From: a virus
Taxonomy: Duplodnaviria; Caudoviricetes
DNA length: 52,402 nt
Strand: one strand, 5' to 3'
IMG/VR virus record: IMGVR_UViG_3300029268_000024
Span: 1-52,402 of that record
In this document: in pieces, positions 46,631 through 52,402 of the stretch
How the letters are laid out: every line of letters starts with the position of its first letter
Position numbering within the stretch: position 1 is the stretch's first letter
Translations under genes and position numbers: made by a program
The notes under the pieces: model-generated
Seen by the model: only the letters and a program-made list of their open reading frames with translations
The model's database searches: none
Told to the model about the DNA's origin: nothing

Positions 46631-47404
46631 ATGAGTAAAAAAAATTATACACATATCGGAGTAGTTCTAGATCGGTCAGGTTCAATGTCAAGTATGAAAA
46701 ATGACGTTATTGGTGGTTTCAATAACTTCATCAAGGAACAAAAGAAAGTCGAGGGCGAAGCTACTATGACATTAGCCCAATTTGATACGGAATATGATCT
46801 ATTACAGGACTTCAAGGTTTTAGGAGAAGTTCCTGATTTGACAGATGCTATATTCCAACCTAGAGGAAGTACAGCATTACTAGACGCCATGGGAAAGACC
46901 TTAACCGATGTAAGGGGAAAAGTCAAAGGAATGAACGAAGAAGAAAGACCTGAGAAGGTAATCTTCGTATTCATAACAGATGGAGAAGAAAATGCTTCTC
47001 ACACCTATAGCAAGGATAGGGTTTTCAAAATGATAGAAGATCTTAAAAACGAAGAAGACATAAATTGGGAGTTTGTGTTTATCGGGGCCAATCAGGATGC
47101 TATTCATGAAGGTAGTAATTTGGGAATTAGAGCCAGTGCATCTTTGACCTATGACGCTTCTAGTTTGGGGGCAACTAGAGCCTTCAGTTCTCTATCTAAA
47201 GGAATGACCTCTTATCGTACCGCTGATGCTGCCGCCTGTTACGCATTTTCCGATTCAGACAGGGACGATCAAAAAGACCTTATGGATGACAAAGACAAGG
47301 TTGACAAGGTTGATACATTTGGCAAAGCTATCCCATCCAAGCTAAGCGATTTGTACAGTTTAACTACTGGGAGTTATAGGAAATCCAAAAAAAATAAAAA
47401 ATAA
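46631..47404 (+). CDS. von Willebrand factor A domain protein
   Basis: MIDAS motif LDRSGSM, PRGSTALLDA, ITDGEEN. Confidence 0.92.
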   Translation: MSKKNYTHIGVVLDRSGSMSSMKNDVIGGFNNFIKEQKKVEGEATMTLAQFDTEYDLLQDFKVLGEVPDLTDAIFQPRGSTALLDAMGKTLTDVRGKVKGMNEEERPEKVIFVFITDGEENASHTYSKDRVFKMIEDLKNEEDINWEFVFIGANQDAIHEGSNLGIRASASLTYDASSLGATRAFSSLSKGMTSYRTADAAACYAFSDSDRDDQKDLMDDKDKVDKVDTFGKAIPSKLSDLYSLTTGSYRKSKKNKK

Positions 47405-47419
47405 ATATAAGTCCTAAAA

Positions 47420-47458
47420 AGAAGAGCCAATTATTAAAAAACAATAATTGGCTCTTTC
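47420..47458 (+). terminator. Hairpin/terminator between vWA and clpP
   Basis: AAGAGCCAATTATT-AAAAAAC-AATAATTGGCTCTT, followed by TATAAT at 47461. Confidence 0.6.
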
Positions 47459-47487
47459 TGTATAATATAGAAAACAAAGGAGCAATC

Positions 47488-48060
47488 ATGGCAGACACCA
47501 AAACTACGGGGAATGTTTTAGATGATAATCGCATCATTTACATGAGTGGTGAGTTTAACGAGGCTACCGCTAAAGATGTCATAACCCACCTAATAACTCT
47601 TGAAAATAAAGATCCTAGTAAAGACATTCTTATGTACATAGATTCTTACGGGGGACAAGTTCATAGTTTTCTAGCCATGCACGATATTATAAAAATGCTT
47701 CGATGTAATGTTGCCACAGTAGCTATCGGGAAAACCATGTCTTGCGGACAAATGTTACTTATTTCAGGAACAAAAGGTAAACGTTTTGTTACCCCCAATG
47801 CCAGAGTTTTAATGCATGAAATTTCTAATGCAACATGGGGAAAGCTAAGCGATTTGGAAGTAGATATTAACGAAACCAAAGAGCTAAGAAAAATATTGGA
47901 AGATATGATTGTTAAATATACCAAAATTAAGAAATCTGAACTTAAAAAAATTATGGTGAGAGACTCTTATTTTTCGGCCCAAGAAGCGTTAAAACTTGGA
48001 GTTGTTGACCACATTATTTATCATCCTAAAGATCTCTATAAAAGAATAAACCTTAGTTAA
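47488..48060 (+). CDS. clpP: ATP-dependent Clp protease proteolytic subunit
   Basis: RIIYMSG, YIDSYGG, catalytic MSCG, LMHE, RDSYFSAQEALKLGVVD. Confidence 0.92.
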   Translation: MADTKTTGNVLDDNRIIYMSGEFNEATAKDVITHLITLENKDPSKDILMYIDSYGGQVHSFLAMHDIIKMLRCNVATVAIGKTMSCGQMLLISGTKGKRFVTPNARVLMHEISNATWGKLSDLEVDINETKELRKILEDMIVKYTKIKKSELKKIMVRDSYFSAQEALKLGVVDHIIYHPKDLYKRINLS

Positions 48061-48071
48061 TCTTTGTGATA

Positions 48072-48311
48072 TTAAATTTTAAACATATCTAATTTAGCTT
48101 GTACAGCATCTAAAGCCGTTTGCAAAGAAGCTATTTGTGCATCCGCTTTAGTTTGTATGTCATCTATATGAGCTTGATAAGCCGCTTTTTGCTCTTCTAG
48201 TTGTTCTTTGGTAACAACAGTTTTATATTGGGTTGTTATCTCAATACTAGTAGCATCAACTAAAGCTACGCTAATTTCTGGTGCTATATCTATTGGTCTT
48301 ACTATTGGCAT
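48072..48311 (-). CDS. Small coiled-coil protein
   Basis: GAGG RBS; heptad-like C-terminal half. Confidence 0.65.
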   Translation of the reverse strand: MPIVRPIDIAPEISVALVDATSIEITTQYKTVVTKEQLEEQKAAYQAHIDDIQTKADAQIASLQTALDAVQAKLDMFKI

Positions 48312-48327
48312 TTTACTATCCTCCTCT

Positions 48328-49204
48328 TTAACTAATTATTCCATTTTTCTCTGTACCGATATTATCCTCTTCTGTTCCTAAAGTGGTATTGTAAAGTTCC
48401 GTTATTTCGGTTTGGGTTAAAGCACGATTGTAAATACGGAAATCGTCTAAAGTATAACCTACATACCCACCCCATGCTGGAGCACCAATTCGCCAAGGAT
48501 AAGAAGGTATAGGCAAAGACATGCTTGCGTCCCCAGTATAAGAGCCATTAAGATAAAATTTTCTGGCAGACCCATTATCTGTTACTGTAACAAAATTCCA
48601 AACTCCATCAACAACAGGTATATAACCATAAGAGTTATTGCTACCATCATAAGTTTGAACAAGCAAGCCGTTTCCAGTTTGATATACGATGCTTAATTGG
48701 TCAGTTCCGTTTATTCTCATTATGTTCTTTTCGGGAGAAATCCAATTTGCAGCATAAGCCCAAAAAGAAATAGAAAAATTAGTAAGAGAAGGTATCGTTG
48801 CGGTATCTATACGGTCATTAGTCGCTGTAAAACTCAAAGCACCATTTATTTTACCTGCTACTGAATTGTCTAAAGTATGAAATGTAGCTGTTCCGTCATA
48901 GCCTCCGATATTATCATCTACTACATGAGAACTAGCGATACAATCATTCATTTTATAATGAGCAACCAGTCCATTACCCAATCCATAAAGTTGAACAATT
49001 TCGGCGGCGGTTAAAGCACGGTTGTAGATACGGATGTCATCAAGAGAACCTGTAAACTGGTCAGACATATATTGCTTTATCAACCCAAGATACAATCTGT
49101 TAACATTTGCAATATCTGCGAACCAGAAACCTTGCGTTCCCCCAGTAGAAGATAATGTCTCTTGGACACCATTTACCCAAAGTTGATATGCAGAGCCAGT
49201 AGAA
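48328..49204 (-). pseudogene. 3' fragment of the multi-LamG (concanavalin A-like) gene, downstream of the IS insertion
   Basis: LDDIRIYNRALT and LVAHYKMN motifs; continues in frame with 50598..52282 when the IS is removed. Confidence 0.8.
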
Positions 49205-50597
49205 ATCAACTACCCAGTGACTAAAGATCACTGGGTTTGAGAGACCTTATCTCACAATTGGCTAGTTGATGTAGCCTGCCCACTAGGTTTAATTTACCGT
49301 CAATAGGCAAACTAAACGAAACGGGGAGTTCTATGCCTTTAACCGCTTTTCTCATGGCATAGCGTTTGGCAATATTAATTGATGCATTCCAATCTGCATC
49401 AAAAACCTTGCCGTCTGCGGTATAATATCTACATCCCTGTCTCTTTCCTCTTTCAACGTCTCTATAGTCATTTTTGGAGGTATAGGCAGGGTCAACTGTT
49501 ACCACTATTTTACCCTGTAGTGGTGCCTTGTAGGTTAGTATTCTTCTTAAATCAAAATATGGAATTTGTGCCTGTTTATTGTTAAATTTCTTACCTCTAT
49601 GGTGTTGTTTAATCCCGCTTAAGTCTTCCATAACAATAACATTAGATTTAGTATTTAAAATTTTATTAGCAATAAGATGTGATTGATTTCTATTTTTATT
49701 GAATTCTTTTTTCTTTAGGCTCTTCAGTTTTCTTTGAGCAGACCTAGAGAAGGTAGACTTACTTTTTGATTGTAGTATTCTCTTGAGATATCTAAGTTTG
49801 CGTTTATCCCTAAGAAATATTTTATCAGTAATAGCTAGCCCTTCTGAGGTAGTAGCAAGTCTTTTAATTCCTAGGTCTACTCCGATGCAAGAATTTTCAA
49901 TAAGCGTGGGAGCCGGAACCTCAAATGATATTGATAACCAAATATCATTATCTCTTAAGAATAATGCAGGGTCGCAAACAGAATACTTGGCAAACATATC
50001 CGAGAATTTGTCATAAGGAGTATAGTTACAGACAATCCTTTTTCCGGTAGTAGTTAACTTAATTCTGTTATTATCGAGAAAGGTATAAATTCGTTTATCA
50101 AGTCTAATGGATAAGTTCTCTTGTTTAGCTGATTCTTCTATTTTCTGGTGATTAGACTGTATGGTTTTATAGGTAGCATAGACGGAATCCTTCGCCCTAA
50201 TGATAACCTGAGACGGACAGTTTGGGAACAGCTTTCTGCATTGATGGTAGTTTTTGTCGTGGAGCAGTTTTTTATCTATCTTCTTTGATTTGAAGGCATA
50301 TTCTGACATATAATTCCATACCTTTTGATGTTCCAAGAGTAAATCAACAAGAGAAGTCTTATCTTCTTGACTCTGAAACTCTAACTTTATATTATACGTC
50401 AAAATGTTCATATTTATGTTCTTCTATAATTATTTAGTGTTTTCCTGCTTATTTCTTTGATTATCTTTCTTCTTGTATTCAGAAAGTAATAATGTATAAT
50501 AGTAGAAAGTTAAAGAAAGGAGAGTAGCGGATATAGTAACTCGCTTACCTCCCCGACACTAAAGATGTCGGGGTTTCCGCTCGTGTAATAATGCAAA
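49205..50597 (-). mobile_element. IS200/IS605-family element, tnpB only (IS1341-like), ~1393 bp
   Basis: Subterminal hairpins at 50551-50573 and 49213-49235 share the TCTTTAG centre. No tnpA. Removal restores the LamG frame; ends are uncertain by up to 4 nt (ATTT microhomology). Confidence 0.85.
49221..50411 (-). CDS. tnpB: RNA-guided endonuclease TnpB
   Basis: RuvC I IGVDLG, RuvC II IVMEDL, RuvC III DADWNASINI; VDPAYTSK. Confidence 0.92.
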   Translation of the reverse strand: MNILTYNIKLEFQSQEDKTSLVDLLLEHQKVWNYMSEYAFKSKKIDKKLLHDKNYHQCRKLFPNCPSQVIIRAKDSVYATYKTIQSNHQKIEESAKQENLSIRLDKRIYTFLDNNRIKLTTTGKRIVCNYTPYDKFSDMFAKYSVCDPALFLRDNDIWLSISFEVPAPTLIENSCIGVDLGIKRLATTSEGLAITDKIFLRDKRKLRYLKRILQSKSKSTFSRSAQRKLKSLKKKEFNKNRNQSHLIANKILNTKSNVIVMEDLSGIKQHHRGKKFNNKQAQIPYFDLRRILTYKAPLQGKIVVTVDPAYTSKNDYRDVERGKRQGCRYYTADGKVFDADWNASINIAKRYAMRKAVKGIELPVSFSLPIDGKLNLVGRLHQLANCEIRSLKPSDL

Positions 50598-52282
50598 ATG
50601 AAAACCAAGTTAGTCCATACTCCAGTTCCAATCGCAGTTGTGCCGCTTGCCGTTCCAGCACCTCCACTTTGTTGAGAATAGATTTTAAGTGTATTATTTG
50701 AATTAAAACCCAAAACAATCCACGGGTCAGTTACACCAGAACCTTCTACATCTACAATAGTTTGCGTACCAGATGCTCCTCTATTTACCCACATTGAAAC
50801 CGTTCCCTGATTAGTAGCAATAGCCGAAACGTCATCCACCTGAACAACATCCGTACTTCCATTAAAGCTCAAAGCAGTTCCTGTATTAGTAGAAACTCCT
50901 GCTACACTCATATCATCCGTTGTATTAACCGCAGAACTTCCAGTATAACCACTTATATTTTCAGCTACATCATAGTTGGCAGCATTATCATTCATTTTAT
51001 AATGAGCAACTAAGCCGTCACCTAAAGTATTATTTTCATCACATTCAGTTCCGTTGGTTTGGTTATAAAGAGTTTGAATAGCAGCAGGAGATAAGACTTT
51101 ATTGTAGATACGAACATCATCTATGGAACCTGTTACGCTATTCCCGCCACTTGCTCTTTTACCAATTGTTGCAGCCAATCCGGAATCTATATCGCTAGAC
51201 GGAGTAAAAGTGACGATTGTATTTGTTAAAGTTTCTTCGCTACCATCAAGATATAATTTCATGCCCGATATAATTCCTGTTCCATTGTATGTCCATACCA
51301 CATGATGCCACTGGCCGTCTCTCAAGCTCGATGTTGTACTTTCTGCCCATAAAGTATTGCTTGCCCAACTATTATTTAATCCAAATCCCATCCTACCTCC
51401 AGTACCAATTTCAATTTCATAACCTTTATAACCATTGGCGGCATCAAATGTAGAAAAAAGAGTTGAGTCAGATGCACCAGTTAAATTAAACCATAATCCA
51501 ATAGTCCAACTATCTGTTGACGAAAAATCAAATGCAGTACTTCCAACATCCACAAAATCCGTACTTCCATTAAAAGTCAAAGCCTTATCAATTTTACCTG
51601 CTACGGACATGGCGGCTGTGGTATGAGCAAAAGAAGTTCCATGATAAGCACCTGTATTATCTACCACTACATAATCCGCTTTATTATCATTCATTTTATA
51701 ATGAGCAACTAAGCCATCTGATAAATCTATCCATGTATGAGATTCTGTACCATTACCAGCATTATAGAGCAAAATAACATCGGCAGGAGATAAGGCATAG
51801 TTAAAAATACGAACATCATCCATAGAACCATTAAGTGCCCAAGTATCCCAAGCACCCATTCTGATATCTGTAGTATCGGCAATATTAAGACTAGCCCATG
51901 TAGCAGAATCAATATATGTGTTATCAACATACAAAGTTACGAGCCTAGCCGTTGTTACCGTAGCTACTATATGGTGCCACAGATTATCGCTGTAACCACC
52001 TGTGCTTCCTAATTGTGCTCCATAAGTAGAAACTGCTCCGGGGCCTACTATTATGCAACTCCATGATGCCCACGATCCCATTTTGAAGAAGCCATTATTA
52101 GCACCACCATCCACGGTCTTAAACCATGCGGATATGGATAAAGGAGATGTCCCTGTTACGCCATGATAACCTGTTGTGGTAATATAGTCTGAGGCGGTTG
52201 TGGAAGCAATAGCCGTATTGATTCTTCCATCAACTGTTTTAGTATTGGTATTAAAATTTGCCGTACCATTATGTGTACCCAT
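50598..52282 (-). pseudogene. Upstream portion of a multi-LamG protein (probable virion/adhesion protein), interrupted by the IS
   Basis: Repeated LVAHYKMND...WHH...DDVRI(F/Y)N LamG units; the ORF-track tail after VWTNLVFI reads into the IS. Confidence 0.8.
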
Positions 52283-52290
52283 ATAACCTC

Positions 52291-52401
52291 CTAAAAACTA
52301 TCTACCACTATTGTATTGGCGGCATTATCATTCATTTGCCAGTTAGCGACAGTTGGAACTTCTGGATAAGTAGGTGGCGGCTGGTGGGAGGGGGGGTGTT
52401 C
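52291..52401 (-). CDS. Partial upstream frame encoding the start of the first LamG domain
   Basis: ...PEVPTVANWQMNDNAANTIVVDSF* matches the other repeats (VAHYKMNDNAANY) but is out of frame with the ATG at 52282. Confidence 0.6.
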   Translation of the reverse strand, partial: EHPPSHQPPPTYPEVPTVANWQMNDNAANTIVVDSF

Positions 52402-52402
52402 G

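Noticed and set aside
49221-50411. Cas12f/Cas14 effector
   Set aside because: No CRISPR array, and the gene is flanked by IS200/IS605-type end hairpins.
49205-50597. IStron (group I intron plus IS) that could splice out of the LamG mRNA
   Set aside because: Only ~190 nt lie upstream of tnpB and I recognised no group I core; not formally excluded without a covariance model search.
50510-50597. C-terminal tail of the 590-aa LamG ORF
   Set aside because: It is read-through into the IS left end, not native protein sequence.
1-52402. Stop-codon reassignment, as in some large phages
   Set aside because: Genes are full length and densely packed under code 11; TAA, TGA and TAG all end genes.

Overview
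A ~52 kb segment of a large tailed dsDNA phage (jumbo/huge-phage-like; genetic code 11; host not identifiable), with most genes on the minus strand. It holds a dispersed head module: HK97-type major capsid protein, a probable decoration protein, an 1882-aa prohead protease/scaffold-like protein, a portal carrying a LAGLIDADG intein and a C-terminal DUF559-like nuclease domain, and a large terminase. Also present are a class II ribonucleotide reductase broken into two genes joined by a split intein around a free-standing endonuclease, accessory enzymes (NUDIX, Pth2, trypsin-like protease, a degenerate CCA/poly(A) polymerase fusion, M15-like peptidase, ClpP, vWA, Ycf46/DUF1257/DUF2997-like proteins) and a multi-LamG gene interrupted by a tnpB-only IS200/IS605 element. 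The main unexplained patterns are: (1) many unrelated proteins share short N-terminal leaders and internal hydrophobic-x-[KR]-x-A linkers, including a 58-bp leader cassette on different ORFs, suggesting a capsid-cargo tagging/processing system; (2) a recurring AGGA-N17/18-GAA promoter-like motif, also found inside the IS and before the endonuclease; (3) a probable -1 frameshift at an A10 run. All product calls come from reading motifs by eye, with no database searches.
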